Of a stretch of DNA of 64,000 nt, positions 51,535 through 64,000 are shown piece after piece. The notes beneath the pieces were generated by a model. The model saw nothing but the letters and a program-made list of their open reading frames with translations, was not told the origin of the DNA and searched no databases. The DNA comes from the human T2T-CHM13v2.0 reference genome, Homo sapiens. The position numbers were made by a program, and so were the translations under genes. The stretch is taken from the NCBI RefSeq assembly GCF_009914755.1, contig NC_060933.1. One strand, given 5' to 3'. The number at the start of each line of letters is the position of its first letter. The first letter of the stretch is position 1.

Positions 51535-51960
51535 GTCTATGTCCTAATTCCCAGATCCTGTGAACATTACTTTATATGGTGAACAACGTGATTCAGTTAA
51601 AGATCTTGAGATAAGGAACTTATCCTGTATTACCTGGGTAGGACCTGCATCAATCACATGTATTTTTTAAAAGAGGGACGTTTGACACAGACAGAAGACA
51701 CATAGAAGAGAAGGTGATATGAAGACAGAGGCAGAGATTGGAGTGATGCAGCCGCAAGCAACGGAATACTGGCAGCAACCAGAATCTGGAAGAGGCAAGG
51801 AATGGATTCTCCTGCTGGAGCCTCCGGAGGAAGTACAGCCCTGCTGGCACCTTGATTTGGGACTTCCGTCCTCCAGAAAAGAGAGAATACATTTCTGTAG
51901 TTTCAAGCCACCAAGTTTGTGGTAAAGTTTTTTACAGCATCCACAGGAAACTAATACCAG
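51535..51960 (+). mobile_element. MLT1C/D-type MaLR LTR
   Basis: gaagacagaggcagagattggagtgatgcagccgcaagc; ggaaactaatac end. Confidence 0.78.
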
Positions 51961-52031
51961 TGGTAAAGTGTACTTTACCTCCCCGTTTGTCATAGTTGCT
52001 CTTGATGGCTGGAATGGTCTGTTTGGGGCTT

Positions 52032-52404
52032 TGATATGGTTTGGCTCTGTGTCCTCACCCAAATCTCATCTCCAATTGTAATCCCCACATGTCAAAGGCG
52101 GGATCTGATGGGAGACGACTGGATTGTGGCGGCGGATTTCCCCCTTACTATTCTCGTGACAGTGAGTGAGTTCTCACGTGATCTGGTTGTTTGATAAGTG
52201 TCTGGCACTTTCCTCTGCACTGTCTCTCTCTCCTGCTGCCATATGAAGAAGGTCCTTGCTTCCCCTTTGACTTCTGCCATGATTGTAAGTTTCTTGAGGC
52301 CTCCCTAGCCATGTGGAACTGTGAGTCAATTAAACCTCTTTTGTTTATAAATTACCCAGTCTCAGGTAGTATCGTTACTAGCAGTGTGAAAACGGACTAA
52401 TACA
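52032..52404 (+). mobile_element. THE1D-like solo LTR
   Basis: TGATATGGTTTGGCTC...GACTAATACA; perfect TSD GGCTT. Confidence 0.9.
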
Positions 52405-54387
52405 GGCTTGTTAACATGATTCTTGCCTTTGGATCAGCTTGGCATCAACTGACTCTGAAACATCAGTAGAAAAAATAAAATCAGGTAAAAATGAGAGAAA
52501 GAAAATTATACAATAAGCAAGTTATATAATAAGCACCTATATTGTTATTATTGCACTTAAGTTTTACCTTGAGCCTCCAGACAGCTGAGGCAAAACGAAA
52601 ATCAGGGCGGATGATATAATTTTCACTTTCTGATAAAAAGGAATCAGTTTTGCTTTTCAAGAAACACACATCTTTCCTTTATGTTGTATTCTAGGAATAA
52701 CTGAGCAAGTATGTCTTCACACAGTGGACACTGAACAAGGCAGGAGATAAAATGCTCAACAGTGACTCAGACAAGATCTAGGGCTATCCTCACGTGGAGG
52801 GTTCTCATGTTATCCCTTCATAAACACTACAGCCCAATAAAGAAACACAGTTCAGCATCCTGACCACCCAGACTGGCACCCAGGAATAAGCCCTCACACG
52901 GACAGAGTACGCCAGGGTTCACAAAGTGCTTTCACATCTGCCATCCTACATATGTTCAAACAGCCAGTCAGGGCAGACAGTGTAATCTGCGTTTTACAGA
53001 TGCGAGAACTGAGGCTCATATTCTGGAGATTGTCCCAAGGTCACACAGCTGGTGAGTGGCAGGGCTGGGGTTCCCTGAGGCTCCAAGAACAGGTCTCCCA
53101 GGCGTGCTGCCTGGGAGTGAAATCCAAATGCCTCCTGTTTTTCTACAGGAATTTCATACACATCTGTCTTATCTCTCCAAGCACACTGAGCCTTTGCAGG
53201 CAGGGTCTTTTCTCCCATGTTTTAGGAAGCCTTGGTTATCTGCCCAGGGCTGGTAGGTGAAAGATATCCTGCCATGTGTCAGGCCCTGCCCAGGAGAGAC
53301 ACCCCATGCTCCATCTGGTCCTTTAGGTCAGGTCCCAAGCTATCTGAGAACAGTGGCCTAAAGGAGAGGAGTTGAGGAAGGGGGTTAGGGAGCAGACCCA
53401 GCACTGTCCAATAAGATCCAAGGAGAGAGGGCAACGCCCCTGCCAGCTAAAGGTGTGGCCAGGGTGCTGTCCGACCCACAGTGCTGACTGGTCTCTAGTT
53501 GCTGGGAAAAGAGAGACCTCCAGGGAAGTGGATTTGTCCTTCCTGTATCCCACCCTTCCCAATCAGTGGTTGAAGGGGTTGGAGACACTTTCTCAACTGA
53601 GGCACTGGAGGAGAAGGAGAAGGGGGGACTGAATGCTTCTGCTTCTCCCACTTTCTTCCTACTCCTGCCCCTTTGCGCCCTTCTCCCTAATTCATCCTGT
53701 TCCTCTTCTCTCATCCCCTTCCAACCTCCCCTCCATTCCTCTGGAGGTACTCGTTTTCCACCTCCCTCCATCCCTACCTGCTCTGTTTATTTCTTCCTCC
53801 CTCTTTCCTCTTCACCCACTAGATGTGCAAACACTTGCAAGTTTCTTAACCTCTCTGAGTGAAAGCCCTAACCTCACAAGGTGGTTGTAAAGCTCAGTGG
53901 TCAGCATAGAGAAAATGCCCAATCCAAGCGTGTTCTACTCACTCACTCCCATTTCTTCCAGATGGGAAGGAGGACAGATAGGGGCACCACATTAACTCCC
54001 TTCCTCACCACCGCAGAGCTCCCGCATACCAACTGTGCCCCAACCAGTGGAGAAAGCCTAGGGTCACAATGGACCTCCTCTTCCACCTTAGGAGACAGAC
54101 CATGGCCCAGGATGTCAAGCTACATCCAGCAGGGCTATCGGGTGACATATAATGATGGATGATGATCTCTAAGAGGGAGTGGGAATCATGATTTACCATA
54201 CACCTGCCATGTGCCAGGCATAGGCTGAGCATTCTACATATATGGTCTTTATGAGAGCCCTACGAAGCAGGTGCTATTTTAGTAACCCTGTTTAACAGAT
54301 GAGTAAAGAGGTTTAGAGAGATGAAAGTCAGGGAGTGACCTTCCCTGGGTCACATAAATATTAGGTGGTGAAGGCAGGTCAGTCTGA

Positions 54388-54702
<315 letters not shown>

Positions 54703-57330
54703 TAACTTTTTATTATGGGAAAATTAAGCATATAGAAGATTAGACAGAATAGTGTAACCAACCCTCACTCACCTGTCACCCAGCTTCATTGATCAGCTCT
54801 TGGCCAGTCTTATTTCATCCTAATCCACATCCATTTCACCCTTTCCTTATTTTGAAGCATATCTCAGACATCATATAGTTTTGTCCATAAATACTTCAGT
54901 ATGTGCCTTTACAAGACAAAGCCAATTTTAAAAACGTAACTAAAATACCATTGTTGTGCCTTAAAACTTTGTAAAATTTCTTAAGATTACCAAATAACAA
55001 GGCAGCACATTTAATTCACATTTCCAATCATTGTTCTACTCTCCCCTGCTGCCTCTTTTAATAAAGATAATAATACCTCTTCCACTGCAAAGCCCTTCCA
55101 CACACATTATCTTATCTAATGCTCATTATCTGCCCTTGGCCCTACACAGGGTTGGACTTTCTTCATTCCGGAAATGTGAGAAAGTCTTTCTAGAAAGGCT
55201 CAGAGAAGTGAATGGACTCACCCAAGGTTACACAGTAGGTTAGGGGCAGAGTCCCTAACCTCCTGTCTCCCAGCCCTTGCCTCTGTTCACCTTAGGGGCC
55301 TCCCAATGGGAGGTTTCATCTGTCAAGCACAGAGGCCAAGGCAGTGATGGGGGGTGTCCTGGAGGAGCAGGATGAGAGACTCTCCCTGCAGTGGTGGCAG
55401 CCTGGACAGTGCATGTTCTCAGCTGGAGAGCTACAGCCAAGCCTCTTTCTCTTAATAACAACAGTACTAATTCCCTGGCACAGGCTTGTTTGTGTGCAGT
55501 AGCTCCCCAAAGCCTAGGCCGTGGCTGGGGCTTATCATCTGGCCTCCCGAGTGGCATGCCTTAAGCCCCCTGCACTAGGGCAGATTGGATACTGAAGCCC
55601 AAAAGGAAGGCACAATAACCACATCACTCAGTCAGCCCCATTCTAATTCTGCTTTTCACCTAAGTACAGAAGGAGGGCAAAGGTTGCTCTGTTTTTCTTC
55701 TGGGAACCTCCTTGCCTAGCCAGCCCCACACATGCAGAGAATGCCAAGGATTCCATTCTAAATCCCCTGGCTTTTATGGCTAATTCTTCCATTAGTCTGC
55801 AAGCTATAGAGCAAACCCTTCAGCCTGGCATTCAAGGCCTGCAGTCTGCCCAACACCACCGAGGTAACCTATCACAGATAGCAAAGAGACCATGGTGCAA
55901 TTTCAGGGAAAACAAAAAAGCTTTATACAAGCTAATTACTGGAGTTGTCCAGTTAGAGCTTCACTTCCTTAGCTTTTGAATGTGTTGTCTGTCTAAATGC
56001 AAACAATGTCGCCACCAATGGTGTCCATTACATCTTCTTCCATACCTCAAATTTAAAGTCCTAATAATACTGCTTGCTACTCATTTGCACAGATGGACTG
56101 TGACATTTCATTTTTCTTTGACTTTCCTCATGCTGTTTCCTCTGCCTGGAAACTTATTTCTTCCTTCTTCATCCACTAACTACCAGGTGTATCTCAGAAC
56201 TCAGCAGAGACATCACCTCCTCCCGGGAAGATTCCTAAATGTCTCCTTCCCCTCATCAGCCTTTCCACTCCCTACATTGGGTGAAGGTCCCTTTCATGGG
56301 CTTATCTTTATCTTAGCACTTACTTCAGTGTACCAAACTCAGCAGCTTGTGAGCCTTCAAGGGCAGGGATCATGTGTTGTTCATCTCAGTCTCCCCCAGG
56401 CCTAAATACAAGGCGTGGCACATACTAGGATCTCAACTTAATGTGCTCGTTGAAATACTTTATCTCCCTGAACCTTCACAACAGCCCTGTGGGTCAGGCT
56501 GCCCAGGAGTCGTGATGCCTCTCATTTTATGGATGTGGAGGCTAAGACAAAGAGGGGTGAGTGACATGTCCCAGGCTCCATGCTGAGAGGGAAGCCAGCA
56601 TCTCACTAATGCCTCCTGGTCTACCTGCCACCCACTTGGACCAGCCCTGGATGCCCAGGTCAGAGGATGTGTGACAAAGTGGAGCAGAAGGCAGGGCCTC
56701 CAGGCACATGCAGCACAATCCCTGTTGCCCCAGGGTAAAGCCCAAATTCCTCCTCCTGGCATAATGACCTTCCCAAGGCCATCTCTCCAGGCTCATCCTT
56801 TAAACTCCTTCTCAGATACCCCTGTTGAGCCACACCTGCTTATCCACCTAAGCTTTAAGGGCCTGGGCTCACCTGAGTTTTAAGAACCCTGTACTTGGTG
56901 CCTAAACTGTGTCCCCATTGCACCCTGGGACTTCACAATCAATTCAACTGGATGAAGAGGCAGAACAGATGTTCACTGAAGTCTTGCAACGTCAGAGTAA
57001 AAAAACAGCAGTGTTTGGAACACACAGATGGCTCAGCCCTTCCCAAACTGTGTTTGTGGAATACTACAATCCTGAGAGATGCTTATAGCTATTCCTCCCA
57101 CAAAAAACCCCATGGGCAATACATAATAACAATGCCCATAGCATCTTACATGCAATGTTGTCTTTCATCCTGATAATATCCCTAAAAGGCAGGGTCCATA
57201 TTTTCCTCTGAACTGTGAGGAAACTGCAGCTCACAGAGGCTAATGAACTTCCCTGTGGTTGCACAGCTAGGCAGTAGTGCAACCAGGATTCCAAACTCAT
57301 CTTGTGCATTTTGCCACTTTGCAAGTCTAC

Positions 57331-57874
<544 letters not shown>

Positions 57875-58466
57875 CTGAGAGCACAGGATGGAGGCCGTGA
57901 AGGAAGCCTGGAGACCTCTGTGCAGAGCCTCTTTGTTGTACATGTGAGGTTCTGAGACCCAGAGAGTAGCAGGTGTTCTCAGGTTGCACAGCCAAGGAGG
58001 GGAGGCACCATGGCCAAGAACGGCCTTTTCACTCCAGGCAGGCTGGCAGGGCTGGCATTTTGGAAAGCTCTCAGCAGACAGAATTCACACACCTTCCTGT
58101 AGAGGCCGCACAGGATTCAAGAGATGGAAACTGCTGGAAGGAGCACTGTCTTATTGAAAGTAATCTCAAGATCCCAGGACCACAAAGCTAGATGTTTCAC
58201 ATCAGTCTAATTCCCCCAACACACAGGCCTAGAGAGGAGAAGGACTTATTCAAGGCCACAAAGCAAGTTCAAAGCACAGCTGGAACTAGAATCCAAGTGT
58301 CCTGCCCCCTGCCTCCAGCTCCAAGGCTCTGTCTGGCCTTTCCTGCAGTTGTTGATATGTCTGTCTGTCTTCTCAGCCTGGCCAGAGGCCCTTTGAGAGC
58401 AAGGTTCATGCTTGGCTTCCCAGCTCCCAGCACTTAGGACTAAAGAAATATTGGTAAGTGAAGGAA

Positions 58467-58772
58467 GGCAGGGCCTGGTGGCTCAGACCTATAATCCCAG
58501 CACTTCGGGAGGCTGAGGCAGGAGAATCACTTGAGGTCAGGAGTTCTACATAGCCTGAGCAACATAGCATGATCCCATCTCCAAAATAATAATAATAATA
58601 ATAATAATTAACCGGACGTGGTGGTGCGTGCCTGCAGTTCCAGCTACTTGGGAGGCTGAGGCAGGAGGATCACTTGAGCCCAGGAGTTTTGAGTTACAGT
58701 GAGCTGATCACATCGCTGCATTGCAGCCTGGGAAACAGAGCAAGATTCTGTCTCAACAACAACAACAAAAAA
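58467..58772 (+). mobile_element. AluJ-like with (TAA)n linker and (CAA)n tail
   Basis: Alu motifs. Confidence 0.8.
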
Positions 58773-61743
58773 GGTGGGGGGGGGGAAATGAATACATAAA
58801 ATATTTGATTTTTACCAAAAACCCTCTTTCTCAGCTTGATCATTTACAGGGCTGGGATTATCTTTTGGCTACTTCCAAAAATGATTGCACCCTCAAAGGA
58901 TAAATATTTGCTACCAAAAAGTAACAGCAACACTTATATTGTGCTTAATATATATGTGTGTATACACACACATACACATGGCTGGTATGAGGAGTATGGC
59001 AGTAAACATGACAGATTCTGTCCCTACTGTTCATGCCTTCATAAAGCTTACATTCTGGTAAAACAGATCATCATTAAACAATTTATTTCCCAATTAATTA
59101 GCCAATTAAAATGGTGGTAATTGCTACAAAATAGCAGTAAACTGCACTGTGATTAGCTTAATCAGAATCGAAAGTGCTAATCTGCTGAAGGTCTTAAAAG
59201 CTGTCATTAAAAGAAACTTTTCCATAGCTCCATACAGCAGTTGTAAAAAGAAAGCAGACAGAAAGAAGTTCTTATTTATCTGAGGAAAATTAAAAGAAAT
59301 TCTTAATCAACACATATTCCTGCAAAACAGGACTCCTTACAAGCAAATTAGAGAGAAGATATTCAAGAGATATTCAGCAAGAATACCTTCTGAGCACCCA
59401 CTGTACCATGGAACCTGATGGTAGCTATCCCAACAATACCATTAAGTAGGAGTTATTACCGTAGTTAAAGAGGAGAAACCAAAGGGTCAGAGAGGCTAAC
59501 CAATTCTTCAAAGTTCAGCCATGCAGCTACCAAGTAGGACCAGGATTTAAGCCCAGGATGATGTACAGCAATGCCCAGAATCTTTTCCTACACCATGTTG
59601 TGTTTTCTAATCTTAAAAGCTGATCAACCAAGAGTTGAAACTTTGGACTCTGACATCATAGGTATGCAAAGTCTTCTTGTCAATGCCATCTCTCCTTCAT
59701 GGGGCCCTGGAGAAAGAACATTGCATTTTCTGGGAACCAAGAGGATCAAAATGAGAAGATCATGTATGATGCAAACCACACTTCTTGGGGGAATTGTTAA
59801 TTACTGGAATTATTGCATTCTTTTCCTCTGAGATATAGGTTTCCTGAACAAAAAGCTTTAATATTTTATTTATGCAAATGGAGAAACTATTCTATATCCC
59901 TCAAATAAGATGCTTAAGTGGGATCTTTTCTCTGCATTTTCCTTCTCTAAGGCAATTCCATCTCTTGGCGCAGCCAAACCTTGCCCAGAATTCCTGGCCC
60001 CAATTTCATGAGCAAAACTATATCCCACTAATCCAGTTTTCTCGTAGTTTAAAAGGGACAGTGGAGCTGCACTTTTCTTTTGAAGGAAAAAGGGCTCATC
60101 TTTTTCTGGATTCATCCATTGGCCTGGGAACGTTCTTTATCTGATCACCACATGGGCCTGACTCCACAAATGCCTTTTCCCATCAACGGGAGTACTTTGG
60201 AGCATTTTCTAACATCCAGAAAGAATCCAACTTTGGAATAGGGAAGTATAGACTATGCCTTGGCCAGTGTGCCTTCCTGGAAGCCGGCTCTTGGAACCTC
60301 ACTGCTCCCACAACCCCTAGCCTATTCTATCATGGTGGTCTGGGAACCTGAATGTCCACCGCACTGCTGCTCCTGAAACAGACATTCTGTCTTCTTGAGA
60401 GTGAGCAGGGAAGAGGGCACCTGGACAGGCATGTATGAACAGCCCTCCCTCCTCAGGAGCTTGCCTTTCAGGTTTCCTAAGAGCTGATGTGCCTGTGGAT
60501 TCTATAATGAGGAGGGATTTGTTTGTTGAAGGATCTTTTCAGCTTCATTGCTTAACTCAAAGGTGAGAAGGGGGTGGGGGCAAGATGAAAACTACTCTCC
60601 TTTGCCTTCCTGCATAGTTCAAATTTAAGCTTTGTCTGCAGCTGCCCTGAAACAGCAGCCAAGATAGTTTTAAGGATGGGGACGCAGGAGTTCTAGCCCT
60701 GGATTGGCCCCTTTATCTGCTATATAACCAAGGGCAAATCTTCCCTCTCTCTAGGCCTAAGTCTCCCCATCTGTACAATGAGATGATGGGGTGCTATGAT
60801 CTGTGCCTCAGCTCCCTCCTCTGTGCAATGGGCCCATTGCGATAAATATCCTGCTCCACCCTCCTGATTGTTAGATCAACATGGAGGGATGTCAACTAGA
60901 TCTGAGAACTGAAGGCCTCCTTTAGACAGTTTGATGTATTAGAACTATAAAGCAGGGGCAAATTCTCATTGGCTTTGATATTTCTTTGGTAGTGGCTAAC
61001 AACCAGTCTGTGCAGCAAATGTAATTTATTTTCTTTGTTTTCATTTCAAAAACCTTTTCAAATTGCAGAAGAGCTGTGAAAGATAGAACAGAGAATTCTC
61101 ATATATTCTTCACCCAGCTTTCCCTGAGGTTAACATCTTATATAGCCACAGAACAATTTTCAAAACTAAGAAATTAACATTGGTACAATACTAGTAATGA
61201 AACTATAGACTTTACTCAGATTTCACTAATTTTTGTACTAATGTCCTTTTTTGTTCCAAAATTCAACACAGGGTACCACATTACATTTAGCTGTCATGTC
61301 ACTTTACTCTCCTGCAATCTGTGACAGTTTCCCAGTCTTCCCTTTTTTCATGACCTTGACATTTTTGAAGAATACTACTCAGGCATTTTGCAGAATGACC
61401 TCAATTTGGGTTTGCCTGATGTTTTCTCATGACTTGACAGAGCTAGTGAATTTTGGGAAAGAATATCACAGAGATGAAGTTCCATTCTTATTGCATCATA
61501 GCAGTGGTATGATATTAATACTGTTATCACTGGTGATGTCAAATTTGATCACTTGGTTAAGGTGGTGTTTTCCAGGTATCTCCACAGTAAAGTACTGTTT
61601 TTTCCCTTTCCCCATAGTCTACTCAGAAAAGAGAATCACTGAGTTCAGCTTACACTACACACAGTTCAAGAAGTAAGGAGTTAAGCTCCACCTCCTGGAG
61701 GGAGGAATATCAGGGTTTGTGGACATGTTAAAACTATCACAGT

Positions 61744-62245
61744 TGACGCAGGATAGGTAAGCCCTAAAGTGGGGCTTAGCCCAAGAGGGTTCTTGGCTTC
61801 ACCCAGGAAAGAATTCAAGGGCAAGTCGGTGACAGAGTAGAAGAAAACAGCTTTTTTGAAGCGGCAGTGTGTTACAGCTCCAGTGGTGTTACAGCTCTGT
61901 AACTGCTCCTGCAGAGCAGGGCTACCCCATAGGCAGTGTGCTGAGAGTAGCAGCTCAGGGCAGTTTTGCAGTGATATTTATAACCTACTTTTAAATACAT
62001 ATAGATTAAGGAGCACTTTATGCAGAAATCTCTAGGAAAAGGGTGCTAACTTTTGGGTCATCAGGTCATTGCTATGGAAAGGGGAAGTAACTCCTGGGTG
62101 TTGCCACGGCAATGGTAAACTGACATGGCATGCTGGTGGGCATGTCTTATGGAAAGCTGCTTCTACCCCATCCCTGTTTTAGGTAGTGTCCAATTTGATC
62201 CAGTGTCCAAGCCCCACCTCGAGTGGAGTCCCACCTCCTACCTCA
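61744..62245 (-). mobile_element. MER66-like ERV1 solo LTR nested in the L1
   Basis: TG...CA termini; 4-bp TSD CAGT (61740-61743 and 62246-62249). Confidence 0.75.
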
Positions 62246-62904
62246 CAGTGATTAACAAATATTTAACAGGAGGTCCTCTGAGGCTGTATAAATATCCAGT
62301 TTCTTCTTAAAATTTTGTCCACCAATTTTATCATAGTCAGTGGATATTGCAATTACTGTTATAGTGTTCTAATGGTGATCTTCTGTTTTCTTAGTTTCTT
62401 CTATATTTACTATTTGAAATTCTTCTATAAGGAAAATTTATCTCTTCTTCCCCGTTTATTTATTTATTCAATCCATTTTTATTTATATCAATATGGACTC
62501 ATGGATATTTATTTTATTCTTCAGGTTATAATGCACTACCACATTTATTAACCTTGTTGCTCAACTTTAGCCACTGGGAGCTCTTTCAGGTTGACTTTTA
62601 CGTCCTTTTGTCATGCCCTATCTTTATTTTTTCAATATACTTTCTTACTTGCTGGCACTCCTTTAGGATTTAGGACCATCTTGTATTTATTTTCCTTGAC
62701 TCAGCTCTAGAACTACCCATTTCTCCAAGGGGCCCTGGTTCCTTTTATTGGAGAATGGTATTTAGGAACCAAGATTTGGGGGCTGAGAGTGCCCATTGCT
62801 ACTGGGGTGTCACTGCTTCTAGGCCTTCTCAGCAGACAGAGCAAGGAAATATATATATAAACTAACCTATGAATATACATGTGTATACTTATTTCTGAAT
62901 CTAT

Positions 62905-63211
62905 TTGTATATACATTAAAATAAACATGAATTTATGCTGACACCAGCCCTGCAGGGTTCATACTAGTCTTTCCCCTGTTATCAATTGTGACTTTTTCTT
63001 TGACAATGAGAAACCTGACTCCCATTATCTATCATTTATTTATTTATTTATTTGTTGATCTTGTATATATATTAAAATAAACATGAATTCATACTGACAC
63101 TAGCCCTGTAGGGTTCATATTAGTCTTTCCCCTGTTATCAATTGTGACTTTTTTCTTTGACAATGAGAAATCTGGCTCCCATTATCTATCATTTATTTAC
63201 TTATTTGTTGA
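62905..63211. repeat. Two-copy tandem duplication, period 156 bp
   Basis: Copies start at 62905 and 63061 (ttgtatat...aaaataaacatgaatt...cccctgttatcaattgtgac...cccattatctatcatttattta). Confidence 0.9.
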
Positions 63212-64000
63212 ACCCTTACATACATATAAAGTAGCTTCAGAATGCTAACCTGTACTCCTATGAGAAATACATCTACCAACTACACCACAGTGTTTATAAA
63301 TGGCTTGTTTTGTCTTTAACTACATATAATTTTTAATATTTAAAACAAGGCTTGGACTCACACCCCAGCTTTGCTACTCACTGGCTGTGTAGATACATAT
63401 AAGGCACACACCTAACTTCTCTTTTATTTCAGTTTACTTACCTGTAAAATGAGGATAATAAACTCTGCTCTACCTGATTCATAGCCCTGATGGTGGGGAT
63501 TAATTATAGGAGATATAAAAGGGCTCAGAAGAATTGCCTAGTACCCCTCAAATGCCCAATATCATTACATCACTGTCACTGAGCTCCAGGTTTGGGCCTT
63601 GCACATGGCAGTTTCTGCCCTTTGAGTCTTGTCCTGCTCTAAGGCACATACAAGGGACACAAATGTCCACTCCTTTCTGCATCCAACTCAGTGAGTTTGA
63701 TCCAAGCTGGGAGGGAGGCTGGTCTCTGACTAAATAAACACAGACATTAAGAGCATCTGGGCTCTTGGAGGCTTTCACTACTCACTGGAGCATTTCAGCC
63801 TGACCAGCCTGGCCAGAGCCAAAGCTCACAACTGGCCTTTTCCCTCAGCTGCCTCAAGCAGTAGCCTTCCTGGGGGCCTTCCCCTTCATTTGGAAGACCC
63901 CCACACCCTGGGATGGGAAGCTTTGCTCTCACTCTGTGCTGAAGACTGGCAAGGTCCATTCCTTTTCTGGTCCCCAGCTTCCCTATCTGTAAAATGAGGG

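Larger units (their letters stand above)
61030..63330 (-). mobile_element. L1MC/MD-type 3' fragment
   Basis: cacccagctttccc...gttaacatctta; aaactaagaaattaacattggtacaatacta; ccatttctccaagg.gccctggttccttttattggagaatggtattta. Confidence 0.75.

Overview
Human (primate) genomic DNA rich in Alu, L1, MIR and LTR repeats. It is identifiable as 9q22.33 because it carries XPA exons 1-2 on the minus strand (ATG at 5233; the remaining exons lie left of the window). Just upstream of XPA is a nested insertion stack: an old L1MB holding Alus, a KRT18 processed pseudogene (probably KRT18P13) interrupted by an LTR6-type solo LTR, and an LTR-less ERV gag/capsid fragment. The rest (~11-64 kb) looks intergenic, in the XPA-FOXE1 interval where, from recall, the lncRNA PTCSC2 runs on the minus strand. 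Main result, from hand reading of the minus strand: the short non-repetitive islands between ~11.6 and ~58 kb repeatedly form AG/GT-bounded exon-sized blocks. These chain in compatible splice phase and translate into mostly open, sequon-rich peptide with scattered stops and frameshifts. One block stays in frame for 81 codons once an inserted Alu and one TSD copy are removed. I interpret this as a fossil multi-exon protein-coding gene (unitary pseudogene) that I cannot name. Frames and boundaries were chosen by eye, so cross-species alignment is needed to confirm it. Repeat subfamily names are from recalled consensus sequences and repeat boundaries are approximate.
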